In this document: one piece after another, positions 29,801 through 39,403 of the stretch
Numbering within the stretch: the first letter of the stretch is position 1
Layout: each line of letters begins with the position of its first letter
Source of the DNA: Chthoniobacterales bacterium
GTDB lineage: Bacteria > Verrucomicrobiota > Verrucomicrobiia > Chthoniobacterales > Chthoniobacteraceae
Assembly (NCBI GenBank): GCA_038207335.1
Contig: JBBQZX010000002.1
Span: 64,001 to 128,000 of the forward strand
Length of the DNA stretch: 64,000 bases
Direction: 5' to 3'
Program-made: the position numbers and the translations under genes
Notes under the pieces: generated by a model
Databases searched by the model: none
The model's input: only the letters and a program-made list of their open reading frames with translations
What the model was told of the DNA's origin: nothing

Positions 29801-31513
29801 ACGGGAACCACGCGATTCGGCGGCGCGGTGCCGCCCGGGTTTCAGGTCGCATTCGTGAATCCGAACGACGCCACCGGCTCCATCTACTACTCCGTGAATG
29901 GCGCCGATCCGCGCGCCACCGGCGGCGGGCTCGCATCCGGCGCGCAGACGATCCCGGCCGGCGCGCTGCCTTTCACCACCGCGCTCCCCTCGGCGAGCAG
30001 CGGGTGGAAATATCTCACGCCCTCCACCGACCCCGGCACCGCGTGGCGTGCCTCGGCTTTCGACGACTCGACTTGGAGCATCGGCACGACGCCGATCGGC
30101 TACAACGAAAGCGGCCTTAACACGGTCCTCTCCACGCCGTCGCAAACCACCTCCACGCCACCCTCGCCCGCGTATTTTCGCAAGACTTTCAACGTGACGA
30201 ATGCAGCCACGGTGACCGGCTTGCAGCTCGAGCTCCTGCACGATGATGGAGCAGTCGTTTTCCTCAATGGCAACGAAGTCGCCCGCGCCGGAATGCCGTA
30301 TCCGCCGACCACGATCGGTTTTACGACCAACGCCACCGGCGCAGTGGACGACTCGCGTGCCGAGACGAATTACAACTTCATCCGCCTCGATCCGACGAGG
30401 CTCGTGGAAGGCACGAACACCATCGCCATCGAAGTCCACCAGGCGCTCTATACCAGCACTGCGACCGCCGACATGCGCTTCGACGCACGGCTGAAACTCA
30501 CACGCACCGCGACGCTCGGCTCGCCGATCACGCTGACCTCGAGCGGCGCATACACCGTCCGGGCGAGGCTGCTGTCGAGTGGAATTTGGAGTCCGATCAC
30601 CGAGTCCACTTTTGTCGTGAATGCCACGCCCGCGACTGCTGCGAATATCGTGATTTCCGAGTTACTCTACCATCCGACAGACGCGAGCACGGCGGAGGCC
30701 AACGCTGGCTACGAGCAGAAAGATTTCGAGTTCGTTGAGTTGTTTAACGCCGGTTCGAGCTACGTCGATCTCGCAGGCGCAAATTTCAGCCAGGGCGTGA
30801 CATTCACCTTCCCATCGGCGAATCCCGCGCTGACCGTCCTCCCGCCGGGTGAGCGCATCGTCGTCGTGGCGAATGTGACCGCCTTTCATGCGAGATTCGG
30901 CGCGCTGCCAAATGTGCGCGTCGCCGGGCCATTCTCCGGGAGTCTCGACAACAGCGGCGAGACCGTGACCCTCCTTTCCGCGAGCGGCGCGGTCATCGCG
31001 AGTTTCACGTATTCGCCCACCGCGCCTTGGCCCACCGACGCCGATGTCGCGAACCGCAGCCTCGTCCTCAATAACCCCGCGGCCCATCCCGACTACGCGC
31101 TGCCGGAAAGCTGGCATCCGAGCGCGCAGACCAATGGAGCGCCCGGCGTCGCCGACACACTCACCCCGCCCGCCAATCTTTTCGGCGACGACGACGGCGA
31201 CGGCCTCGCCAACGTCATCGAATTCATGCTCGGCGCGAATCAACAGCCCGTCCTCACCTCCGAGCTCTACACCGCGCAGAGCGGCGGCACCGACAAATAC
31301 CTCTTCCTCCGTTTCCCGCGAAATCTCTCCGCCGACGCCGCCACCCTCACCGTCGAGTCATCGCCGGATTTGGCCGCGTGGTCGGGCACCGACTTCCAGT
31401 TCGTCGGCTACAGTCCCGCCGTCGGCGGCACAGCGACGGTCACCTACCGCAGCGCCCTCCCCGCCGCTCAGCTCGGCGACAAATACTTCGTCCGCCTCCG
31501 CGCCACCCAGTAG
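26894..31513 (+). CDS. Large secreted CotH-kinase-family protein with two lamin-tail domains, FN3-associated domains and a sugar-binding-like beta-sandwich
   Basis: Signal peptide ending ARA/Q. LTD motifs VIEELMADN...DWVEIYN and ISELLYHP...EFVELFN. CotH motifs RGQSS...KPY, DWVL, RNY, YRGIY, WDVDRSLG. DDGAVVFLNG.EV domain. Confidence 0.88.
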   Translation: MCRAPLHNVLLLILTVLAAVPDARAQTIYPVTSISTTGSEILTATTNGTVYGRNRMVPGNVSTFTTTTSSGTTPSSAACILVRGGTQPPASGSRGTLTGDWYLDTGIINPGASTDSMTITFPQPIVNQPGPDVMIFEINAGTTADSFIVRINGQTFTVPTTVSASGWGSTGYAITSADLYNANATVNSISALESAPTSLNSADINQTVFGVALDFSNFGVASGASITSITITSTSDAAAIDPVLVAGLIIPPEQTGGPVIEELMADNSATLEDEDLAHPDWVEIYNGSAIATNLSGWKLSDDPALPAKWVFPNITLQPYASTYVFCSAKNKFTGAHPHTNFKLKKGGGTVLLSKPDGTVVTNITYPAQVQDISYGAVGAAQTLGYLETPTPGIQNTGRQAAGPPCDDPVFDRASSVLVSGAPTTTLSVALPATAGAGAQLRYLLDNNSPDESSPLYTTPFNLTASLTVALRVFEPGRLPSRVSHRSFILLGSDIATSFNSSGAPFTSNLPILVMDSYGVAIDSTTDPNSVRPGRFTQVAVYDLNPATGRASIGATPTLISRAGTHVRGQSSAGFSEKPYALEFWNEHSDDDKNVALLGMPADSDWVLQTVVTDKTFMRNYTMQQLMLQENGPYAGRRCRFVEVFFNQNNTVCDYGSGTSNDYRGIYLLIEAIRRGPDRVDVQKLNSEMTAPALITGGYIYKKDKTPYTAPITLNSGLVYDIADPLPTAAQSSALLTYLNQTDTALAQSDFANPASANYYGKWLDWRSLIERQIWQETCREVDSYNYSYYYSKDRGQPLRAFPFWDVDRSLGNANYGTADNALGFRWWNVGSGYVYFNRLFTDAEFTQAYWDRWWKLRQGTFATSALMARIEATAAQLTTNNLGAVVDAATVTNTSANSSAATQTPASRHFKRWVTLGTTSYGSGPVGQPDRNTYRKELDLMKSFLTYRVDWFDAQSPSNLRPPDLLDASTGTTRFGGAVPPGFQVAFVNPNDATGSIYYSVNGADPRATGGGLASGAQTIPAGALPFTTALPSASSGWKYLTPSTDPGTAWRASAFDDSTWSIGTTPIGYNESGLNTVLSTPSQTTSTPPSPAYFRKTFNVTNAATVTGLQLELLHDDGAVVFLNGNEVARAGMPYPPTTIGFTTNATGAVDDSRAETNYNFIRLDPTRLVEGTNTIAIEVHQALYTSTATADMRFDARLKLTRTATLGSPITLTSSGAYTVRARLLSSGIWSPITESTFVVNATPATAANIVISELLYHPTDASTAEANAGYEQKDFEFVELFNAGSSYVDLAGANFSQGVTFTFPSANPALTVLPPGERIVVVANVTAFHARFGALPNVRVAGPFSGSLDNSGETVTLLSASGAVIASFTYSPTAPWPTDADVANRSLVLNNPAAHPDYALPESWHPSAQTNGAPGVADTLTPPANLFGDDDGDGLANVIEFMLGANQQPVLTSELYTAQSGGTDKYLFLRFPRNLSADAATLTVESSPDLAAWSGTDFQFVGYSPAVGGTATVTYRSALPAAQLGDKYFVRLRATQ

Positions 31514-31530
31514 AACAGCGCGCCCCGCTG

Positions 31531-32109
31531 CTACCGGCGGAAATACTCCGGCTCATTCCCCGGCTTCCACTTGATATTGCAGCCGACGCTCGGTCGCTGC
31601 TCTGCCGACCCCTCCCCGCCCGCCAGCAGGGCCTCGATCGCCGCGCGCAGATGTTCGCCAGTCGCCACCCCTTTCCCCGGCCGCGAGCCGTCGAGCTGTC
31701 CTCGATAGACGAGTTTTCTCTCCGCATCGAAGAGGAAAAAATCCGGCGTGCACGCGGCTGTGTAAGCTCGTGCGACGGCCTGCGTTTCATCGAATAAAAT
31801 GGGAAATGTTAACCCTGCCGCGCGAGCCATTTTTGCGGTCGGTTCGGGTGCGTCCTGCGGGTAATTTTCGATGTCGTTTGAAGTAATCGCGACGATCGCA
31901 ACGTCTCGATCCCCGTAGTCCCGTGCGAGGCGGACGAGTTCCGGCTGAACATGCACCACGTACGGGCAGTGCGCGCAGATGAACATCACGAGAAGCGCCT
32001 TTTTCTCCGAAAAATCGGCGAGCGAAACCGAACGAGCCGAGGCGACAGCCGGCAGTGAAAAATCAGGCGCGGCAGTGCCGAGCGGAAGCATGGTGGATGA
32101 GACAGACAT
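31531..32109 (-). CDS. Thioredoxin-like (AhpC/TSA, PRX-like) cytoplasmic protein
   Basis: APDFSLP, MFICAHCPYV, ACTPDFFLFD, YRGQLD, SVGCNIKWK. Start ATG 32109. Confidence 0.92.
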   Translation of the reverse strand: MSVSSTMLPLGTAAPDFSLPAVASARSVSLADFSEKKALLVMFICAHCPYVVHVQPELVRLARDYGDRDVAIVAITSNDIENYPQDAPEPTAKMARAAGLTFPILFDETQAVARAYTAACTPDFFLFDAERKLVYRGQLDGSRPGKGVATGEHLRAAIEALLAGGEGSAEQRPSVGCNIKWKPGNEPEYFRR

Positions 32110-32491
32110 GAGATTTTGGAAATAGAACGAGACGCGATCGACCCTGTGGCTGCACCTCCCCGCTCGATCTCGACCGGAAGGCTTCGCCACTTTGGCGCGG
32201 CGCAGGAGGTGACGTTCGGAGAATCCCCCTAGTCCGTCACTTTTATTCCCGCGAGCGCTTCTCTCTTCGGCACCTTTAATGGCCCGCGTCATGTTGAAAA
32301 CCGTAGCGTCCGCTCAGCTCCCACTTTGCGACACGATTTTTTACAGACCCATCGATAAATTTCGCGTCCGCGAGGCAGGGGTAAACCGTGTTTTTTCCCC
32401 GCGTAATATTATGGTTGCAAATCTGCCATGTTGATTTATCGAGTGACTCTCGCACCCGAGTTTCCCCAACCCCGTTCCTTCCCTCGAAACT

Positions 32492-35400
32492 ATGAAGACT
32501 CCCTCCTGCCTCCGTGCCTCCGTCCGTCGCACCGGCACCCGCCGCGCCCCACTCGCCCTCGGCATCGCCGCCCTCGCCGCCCTCGCCCTCGGCACCCCAG
32601 CCCGCGCCGCCAGCTACTACTGGGCCGGCGACAACCAGGGGAGCTCCGCCTGGAATATCCTCACCGGCCTCGGCGGGTCGAACTGGTCGTCATCCGGCGA
32701 TTTCAACCAAGGCACCAGCGGCGCCACCGCGCTGCCCGGCATCAATGACGACGTCTTTTTCATCCTCAACGGGGCGGGCAATCTCACCAATACGCTCGGC
32801 GCGGATTTCTCGATCAAAAGCCTCACCTTCAACTCCTTTGGCACGTCGCCAATCACCATTGGCGGAGCCAATACGCTGACTATCGGCACCGGCGGAATCA
32901 CCAATGGCTCCGCGTCCACCGTGACTCTGAGCACGAACGTGGCGCTCGGCGGCGTGCAGACTTGGGCAAATAATAATGCGACGCCCTTTGCCCTCAGCGG
33001 CGTCCTCTCGGGCGCGGCGGGGAACAACCTGACTCTCGGCGGGCGCGGCACCTTCACCTTTAGCAATGCCAATACGTATTCTGGCAGCACGAGCGTCTTC
33101 ACCGGTGGTCTCACCCTGAATGGCACCGGCAGCATCCTCAATACGAGCGCCATCTCGCTGAACGCCGGCACCTCGCTCGTGCTCGATAACACCGCGACCA
33201 ATGTCGCCAACCGCATCGCCGACAACCTCACCATCACGACAAAGGGGGCGACGATCAGTTTCATAGGCAACGCCGGGACGACTGCGGAGACCGTGGGAAC
33301 GCTGGCCGTCGGTAGCGGCGCGTCGGTCGTGCAGACCAGCGGATCAGTCTCCTCGTTGACTTTCGGTGCGGCGGGCGGGACCCCGATCGCGAGCTTCAGC
33401 CGCTCAGTGGGTGGCACGGCGCTCTTTGCGGTCGGAGCGGGCTCCACGGTGAATGCGCCGACGCTGACGCTGAACAACGGCATCATCGGCGGCTGGGCGG
33501 TGACGGGCACGGCGGCGGGCACAGGCTTGAACTTCGCAACCACGGACGGGAGCAACAACGTCGTGCCTTACGCCGCCTACACGGCCCTGACCGCGGACGG
33601 CACAGGCGCGCTAAACAGTGTCATCACCAGCACCGACAATACGAAATACGACGCGACGGGGAATAACAGCGTGCGGCTGCAGGCAGCCGTGACGACGATC
33701 AACTCGCTGTACCTCACAGGTGGCAGCACCTTGAGCGGCGTGACAGGCGGGCCGGCCGGGGCACCTTCAACTTTCTACAATGGCATCACCTTCGGCACTG
33801 GCATCACCGCGGACCTGACGAAGAAGCTGGTGGTCACCAGCGGCGGCATCATCGCGAGCGGAGTGCCGGCGACAAATGTCGGGCATTACAATAACAAGGC
33901 GGATATCGCGAACATGGCGTTCATCGGCTACCAGTTCGGCGAATACACGGCGGGCGGGCAGACCAATGGCGATTCCGGGCAGATTACCGCGGGTGCGGGA
34001 GTGGCCGACCTCGTGGTCTATACTGACAGCAACCTGCGCATCGCCTCACAGATCGTGGATAACGGCACTCCCCTCGGCCTGACCAAGTCCGGTCCGGGCA
34101 TTCTGGACATTGGCAATGGCAACACGCAGACTAACAAGCCGAGCAACCTCTTCACCGGTAAAGTCACCATCAACGAAGGTATCTTGCTGATTGGCCAGGC
34201 GAGCCAGCTCGGCAATTCCGCCGCGGCCGCCGACAACGTGACCTTCAACGGCGGTGAACTGCGGACGTTTGCGGGCACCAGCACTTCGACAACCCAGGGC
34301 TGGACGGTCGGCACGCGTGGGGGAGCCTTCTCTTATACCGGAGGGGGCACTTCCAACATCCAAAACAAGATTACCGGTGCCGGTGGATTTACCTTCTACG
34401 CTCGATCGGCAGGCGGCGGCGCCAACGAGACAATCAACCTGGCCACGGCGGCCGCACAAAACGCCGACTACCAAGGTGCCACGAATCTCTTGTGGAGTAT
34501 TAGCGACGGTACCTTCGGCTCGGGAACCCAGTATGGCAAGATCGCCTGGGGGCAGAACAATCAGATCCCCGCCCAGTCAGCGGTCACGATGAATATCGTC
34601 GATGACACTGCCGCGCATAACGTGCTGGCGAACACCGGTGGTGGCATTGCCGGGACATTTGGGGTGTCGGCCGACTTCGCTGGGAAGACGGATCACTTTG
34701 GCTCGCTGGCGGGGAATGTGAACCTGCGGAATTTTAACACCGGGACACTGACGCTTGGCGCGAACAACCTTTCGACGGTCTATACGGGTTCGCTCTACGG
34801 GGCAGCGGCGCAGACCTCCAACTCTGACACCACCTCGCCCGCGGGCACCGGCACGTTGATCAAGGTGGGTTCGGGCACGCAGACCTTTGCAGGAACGCGG
34901 AATAACTACACCGGCCCGACGAGCATTATCGGCGGGACTCTGCTGATCGGCAGCGGCACGACAACAACCAGCACGGCATCACTGACGGGCTCGACCGTGA
35001 CCGTGGGCAACGGCACGCTCACTGGTGCGCTCGGCGGCAATGGCACCATCAGCGGTGCGGTGATTGTGACTTCCACCGGCCATCTCGCGCCGGCGATGTC
35101 TGCGACGACGACCAACACGCTGACCATTGGTGCGAACCTGACGCTGAATGCCGGAGCCTCGTTGGACTACAATTTCGGGGCGCTTGGCAATCCGGGGACG
35201 AGTGATCTGGTCACCGTGGGCGGTGCTTTCAACCTGACGCTCAATGCCGGGGTTGATATTCTGAACATCACGCAATTGCCCGGCTTTGGCATCGGCACTT
35301 ACAATCTGTTGACCGCGCCGACGGGCGCTTTCACCAATAACGCGACCTTCACGATCAACGGGAAGAACAACTTCAACTACGCGGTCGCGTCTTCTGGCAA

Positions 35401-38209
35401 TAGCCTGGTTCTTACCGTCTCTGCCGGCAATCCGATCCTGACTTACATCGGCAATGGCAGCAGCGCATTCCAGAATGGCGGTCCGGCCAACTTCAACAAC
35501 GGCAGTGCTGCGGTGGCGTTCGCGAATACGAACAACGTCATCTTTGACGAGAACCTGACCGGCAGCCCGAACGTGGTGGTGGATGCCGCCGGCGTGCTGC
35601 CCAATTCGGTGCTGATCGATAACAGCGCGACGAACTACACCTTCAGCGGCGGCACAATCACGATCGCGACAAACCTCACCAAGCAGCAAGGCGCGGCGGT
35701 CACCTTTAACTCCAACGTGACCGTGCCGATCACGACGATCACCGGCGGCGCTGTCACCGTGGGCGTGGGAACGACTTATAACTCGACGTCGAAACTCGAT
35801 GTCACGGGCGCGCCGCTCACCGTGAATGGAACGCTCACCACGCCCGCGCTGAACGTGAAAGCGGGGGCGTCGGCGACGATTGCGTCCGGTGCCACACTCA
35901 CTCCGACCGCGCTCAGCGTCCTCGCCACCGGGACCGCTACGATCAATGCGGCGGCGCAGTCTCTGACCGCCCTCACCGGCGGCGGCACGCTCGCGCTCGT
36001 CGGCGGGACCGCTCTCACGATTACCGGAGGCGCCTCCTTCGCCGGCTCGATCAACGGAACGGGTGCATCGCTCACCGTCAATGCTCCCGCTGCGACGGTC
36101 ACGCTGGCGGGCACGAATGGCTACGATGGCAGCACGACCATCAATGCGGGCACGCTCCAGCTCGGCGACGGTGCCACCGACGGCACCATCAATGCCAGTG
36201 GCGTGCTGGACAACGGCACGCTCGCTTTCAATACGACCGGAACGCAGAGCTACGCGGGGCCGATCACCGGCAGCGGCAACCTCGTGAAAAGTGGCGGTGG
36301 CGTGCAAACACTCAGCGGCACCAATACCTATGTAGGGACGACGACCATTAGTGGCGGCGTCCTCGCGGTCGGCCAGATCTCCGACGCAGGCCCGAGCAAT
36401 ATCAGCACTGCCGCACTGAGTCTCACCGGGAGCGGTTCGACGTTGCGCTACACTGGCACGGGCGCTGCGACCACTACGCGAAACGTCACCGTCAGCGCCA
36501 CGGGCGCGCAGTTCGAGGTGAGCGACGTGGCCGGCACGTTGACGCTCGTCGGAAATGCGCAGGGCATATTTACCGGCAATGGTGGCAACGCCATCACGAA
36601 AATCGGCCCCGGCACGCTCGTCCTCAGCGGCACCGGCAATGACACGGCGGTTCAATTCAACGTCGCCGCCGGCACATTGAATCTCGATAAAAGCAACGCT
36701 GCGTCATCCGTCGCCGTCGATGCCATTACCGACATCACGGGCGGTGCCACCGTGCGCGTCACGGGAACCGGGGGCAGCCAATTCTGGCCCGGCTTTACCG
36801 GCCAGAACCTCACGATCAACAACGGCGGAACTTTCGACCTGAACGGCCACAATGAAAGCGGCATCACTGCGATCGGCGGCGGGAACGGCACGATCACGAA
36901 CGCGCTCGCCGCCACTTCAGCCACGCTGACCGTCGGCGCGAACAACCAAGGCGGTAGCTACGGCGGTTCGCTCGCCAGCGGCACGGGCGGCTTCAATTTC
37001 GTGAAAGCGGGAACCGGCACCCAAATCCTCACCGGCAACAACACTAACTTTGCCGGGAATTTTACCGTCAACGCCGGCACGCTACAGTTCGGTGCCGATG
37101 CGACCGCGCAGGCTTCCACAAACTCGCTCGGTGCGAACACCGTTGGCCGGCTCGTCACCATCGCCACTGGCGCGACCGTTGATTTCGAGGGCCGCGACAT
37201 CGGGCTCGGAAGCGTCGGTTTCCTCGTGAATGGCGGCACGATCACAGCGGGCGCATTCAAGCGGCTTGGGCCTGTCACGTTGAATGGCGGCACGATCAAC
37301 ACCAGCAATACCGTCGCTGGAAGCAGCGCAAATTTCCAAAGCGCCACCTTTGAAGCGGACGTCACGGTCGGCGGCTCCACGCCCTCGACGATCTCAAGCA
37401 CCGGCACCACCGGTTTCCTCGGCATCCATCTTGAAAAAGCGGGTGGCGTCACTTTCAACGTCGCCGACGTGACGGGCAGCCCGGCCGTGGACCTCCTCAT
37501 CAATTCCGGGCTCATCAACAAGAGCAACAACGCCGGCGCGGGCGCGCTCACCAAATCGGGCCTTGGCACGCTTCGCCTCGCGGGCGCGAATACCTACACC
37601 GGCGCGACCAATGTGAACGCGGGCACCCTGCTCGTCGGCAGCAGCATCAACGGTTCGCTCGTGAATGTGAACGCTGGCGGCACTCTCGGAGGCGTCGGCA
37701 CCATCAGCACGACCGGCCAGCCGGTGACTCTCGCCGCGGGCGGATTCCTTTCGCCCGGCGCGGGGGTGGGAACTCTCACCGTCGATACCGGCATCGCGCA
37801 GTTGGACATCAGCACCGGCGTCGCCGCCACCGCCACCCACGCGCTCGTCTTTGAGCTCGGCCCGATCGCTGCCAGCGACAAAGTCATGCTTCTCGGCTCC
37901 AGCGTCCTGAATATCGGCACCGGCGGCGCGAACAGCGGCCTGGCGTTCGATGACTTCACATTCACAAACGTCGGCGGGCTTCAAGTTGGGACCTACACGC
38001 TCTTCGATGGGGTCAATCCCATCGCGGGCACTTTCGACACGAATTCGGCAAACCTCACCGGCTCGCTCGGCGGCACCTTCACCGGCACCATCGGCTTCGG
38101 CGACGGCACCAATGACATCATCCTCAACGTCGTCCCCGAGCCCGGCAGCGTCGCCCTCTTGGCCGGTGGCCTCGGCGTGCTCCTTGGCCTCCGCCGCCGC
38201 CGAGCGTGA
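32492..38209 (+). CDS. Giant autotransporter-associated beta-strand repeat protein with PEP-CTERM sorting signal
   Basis: 1905 aa rich in G/T/A/N; many L.K.G.GT..L.G.NTY.G.T units; C-terminus VPEPGSVALLAGGLGVLLGLRRRRA; no beta-barrel. Confidence 0.92.
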   Translation: MKTPSCLRASVRRTGTRRAPLALGIAALAALALGTPARAASYYWAGDNQGSSAWNILTGLGGSNWSSSGDFNQGTSGATALPGINDDVFFILNGAGNLTNTLGADFSIKSLTFNSFGTSPITIGGANTLTIGTGGITNGSASTVTLSTNVALGGVQTWANNNATPFALSGVLSGAAGNNLTLGGRGTFTFSNANTYSGSTSVFTGGLTLNGTGSILNTSAISLNAGTSLVLDNTATNVANRIADNLTITTKGATISFIGNAGTTAETVGTLAVGSGASVVQTSGSVSSLTFGAAGGTPIASFSRSVGGTALFAVGAGSTVNAPTLTLNNGIIGGWAVTGTAAGTGLNFATTDGSNNVVPYAAYTALTADGTGALNSVITSTDNTKYDATGNNSVRLQAAVTTINSLYLTGGSTLSGVTGGPAGAPSTFYNGITFGTGITADLTKKLVVTSGGIIASGVPATNVGHYNNKADIANMAFIGYQFGEYTAGGQTNGDSGQITAGAGVADLVVYTDSNLRIASQIVDNGTPLGLTKSGPGILDIGNGNTQTNKPSNLFTGKVTINEGILLIGQASQLGNSAAAADNVTFNGGELRTFAGTSTSTTQGWTVGTRGGAFSYTGGGTSNIQNKITGAGGFTFYARSAGGGANETINLATAAAQNADYQGATNLLWSISDGTFGSGTQYGKIAWGQNNQIPAQSAVTMNIVDDTAAHNVLANTGGGIAGTFGVSADFAGKTDHFGSLAGNVNLRNFNTGTLTLGANNLSTVYTGSLYGAAAQTSNSDTTSPAGTGTLIKVGSGTQTFAGTRNNYTGPTSIIGGTLLIGSGTTTTSTASLTGSTVTVGNGTLTGALGGNGTISGAVIVTSTGHLAPAMSATTTNTLTIGANLTLNAGASLDYNFGALGNPGTSDLVTVGGAFNLTLNAGVDILNITQLPGFGIGTYNLLTAPTGAFTNNATFTINGKNNFNYAVASSGNSLVLTVSAGNPILTYIGNGSSAFQNGGPANFNNGSAAVAFANTNNVIFDENLTGSPNVVVDAAGVLPNSVLIDNSATNYTFSGGTITIATNLTKQQGAAVTFNSNVTVPITTITGGAVTVGVGTTYNSTSKLDVTGAPLTVNGTLTTPALNVKAGASATIASGATLTPTALSVLATGTATINAAAQSLTALTGGGTLALVGGTALTITGGASFAGSINGTGASLTVNAPAATVTLAGTNGYDGSTTINAGTLQLGDGATDGTINASGVLDNGTLAFNTTGTQSYAGPITGSGNLVKSGGGVQTLSGTNTYVGTTTISGGVLAVGQISDAGPSNISTAALSLTGSGSTLRYTGTGAATTTRNVTVSATGAQFEVSDVAGTLTLVGNAQGIFTGNGGNAITKIGPGTLVLSGTGNDTAVQFNVAAGTLNLDKSNAASSVAVDAITDITGGATVRVTGTGGSQFWPGFTGQNLTINNGGTFDLNGHNESGITAIGGGNGTITNALAATSATLTVGANNQGGSYGGSLASGTGGFNFVKAGTGTQILTGNNTNFAGNFTVNAGTLQFGADATAQASTNSLGANTVGRLVTIATGATVDFEGRDIGLGSVGFLVNGGTITAGAFKRLGPVTLNGGTINTSNTVAGSSANFQSATFEADVTVGGSTPSTISSTGTTGFLGIHLEKAGGVTFNVADVTGSPAVDLLINSGLINKSNNAGAGALTKSGLGTLRLAGANTYTGATNVNAGTLLVGSSINGSLVNVNAGGTLGGVGTISTTGQPVTLAAGGFLSPGAGVGTLTVDTGIAQLDISTGVAATATHALVFELGPIAASDKVMLLGSSVLNIGTGGANSGLAFDDFTFTNVGGLQVGTYTLFDGVNPIAGTFDTNSANLTGSLGGTFTGTIGFGDGTNDIILNVVPEPGSVALLAGGLGVLLGLRRRRA

Positions 38210-38318
38210 TACTCAAATACCCGTGAAGCTCCCGCCGTGGCGGCCATGAGCCAAGGCGTGCGATTGAAGATTCGCGCTCGCTTGAGGGGGTAGTTATCTT
38301 CAAATGTATGGGGCCTCC

Positions 38319-39170
38319 ATGTCCACGACTCTGCTGAAATTTTCCTGCCCGGATCGCGTGGGGTTACTGGCACGGTTGTCGGGGTTTGTGGCGGAGTTTT
38401 CGGGGAATTTGATTGAGGTGCATCAGTTCACGGATGCTCAGGCGGGCTGGTTTTTCACGCGGATGGCGATCGAGACGGAGACGCTGTCGGTGCCGCTGGA
38501 GGTGCTACGGGAGCGGTTCGCGCCGATGGCTGCGGAGCTGAGGGCCGAGTGGACGATCCGCGCGGCGGAGTCGCCGATGCGCGTGATTTTGATGGTGAGC
38601 AAGCTGGGGCATTGCCTCGCGGATTTGCTGTGGCGCTGGCGCTCGGGCGAGCTGGCGTTTGACATCGCGGCGGTGCTGTCGAATCACGACGAACTGCGGC
38701 CGCTCGTGGAGCGCGAGGGGCTCGATTTTCTCCACATCCCGATGCTCGGGAGGAAGGAGGAGGCGTTTGCGGAGATCGCCGAGGTCTTCCGCGCGGTGCG
38801 GCCGGATTTGGTAGTGCTCGCGCGCTTCATGCAGATCGTCCCGTCGGAGCTGTGCGGGGAGTTTCATGGGAAAATCATGAATATCCACCACTCGTTTCTG
38901 CCGTCGTTCGAGGGGGCAAATCCGTATCAACGCGCTTACGAGCGCGGCGTGAAGCTCATCGGCGCCACCTGCCACTACGCAACCGCCGAGCTCGATGCCG
39001 GGCCGATCATCGACCAAGAGGTGATCCGCGTGGAGCACTTCCACACCCCGGACGACCTCGTGCGGATCGGCCGCGATTGCGAACGCCTCGCCCTCGCCCG
39101 CAGCGTCCGCTGGCACATCGATGACCGCGTCCTCATGCACGGAAATCGCGCGATCGTCTTCCGGGATTAA
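38319..39170 (+). CDS. purU: Formyltetrahydrofolate deformylase
   Basis: ACT start CPDRVGL; MVSK..HCL.DLL; LARFMQ; NIHHSFLPSF.GANPY; GVKLIGATCHY; LDAGPII. Confidence 0.97.
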   Translation: MSTTLLKFSCPDRVGLLARLSGFVAEFSGNLIEVHQFTDAQAGWFFTRMAIETETLSVPLEVLRERFAPMAAELRAEWTIRAAESPMRVILMVSKLGHCLADLLWRWRSGELAFDIAAVLSNHDELRPLVEREGLDFLHIPMLGRKEEAFAEIAEVFRAVRPDLVVLARFMQIVPSELCGEFHGKIMNIHHSFLPSFEGANPYQRAYERGVKLIGATCHYATAELDAGPIIDQEVIRVEHFHTPDDLVRIGRDCERLALARSVRWHIDDRVLMHGNRAIVFRD

Positions 39171-39330
39171 GAGCTTTTTGAAACGCAGGTCACTCAGGGC
39201 CGGGCAGACGGGGGTGCAAACACCAAAACAGCAACATCGCCTTCCTGCTTTTCTTCTTCCGTGCTTCCGTCCCTATAATTCAAGGGTCTGCCGGAATTCA
39301 GTCTCAGATTTTTGGAGCAAGTGACGCTTT

Positions 39331-39381
39331 GATAAAAAAAATATATTAACGCTTGCGGCGTGCTCGCCATTCTCCCATAGT
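39331..39381 (+). promoter_or_regulatory. Putative sigma70-type promoter with AT-rich UP element
   Basis: GATAAAAAAAATATATTAAC, then TTGCGG (39353-58), 17 nt, CATAGT (39376-81), 22 nt upstream of ATG 39404. Confidence 0.45.
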
Positions 39382-39403
39382 GGCCTTCGGTTTCGCTCTC
39401 GAA

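Noticed and set aside
32380..32430. Sigma54 or ECF promoter for the PEP-CTERM gene
   Set aside because: TGGTTGCAAATCTGC has GG-N10-GC spacing but lacks the CAC core; GTAAAC...CGTA has only 15-nt spacing. Too weak to call.
38210..38318. ZTP (pfl) or purine riboswitch ahead of purU; also checked purF and purL leaders
   Set aside because: No ACUGGCG...GCCUGGGC pattern or purine aptamer core visible.
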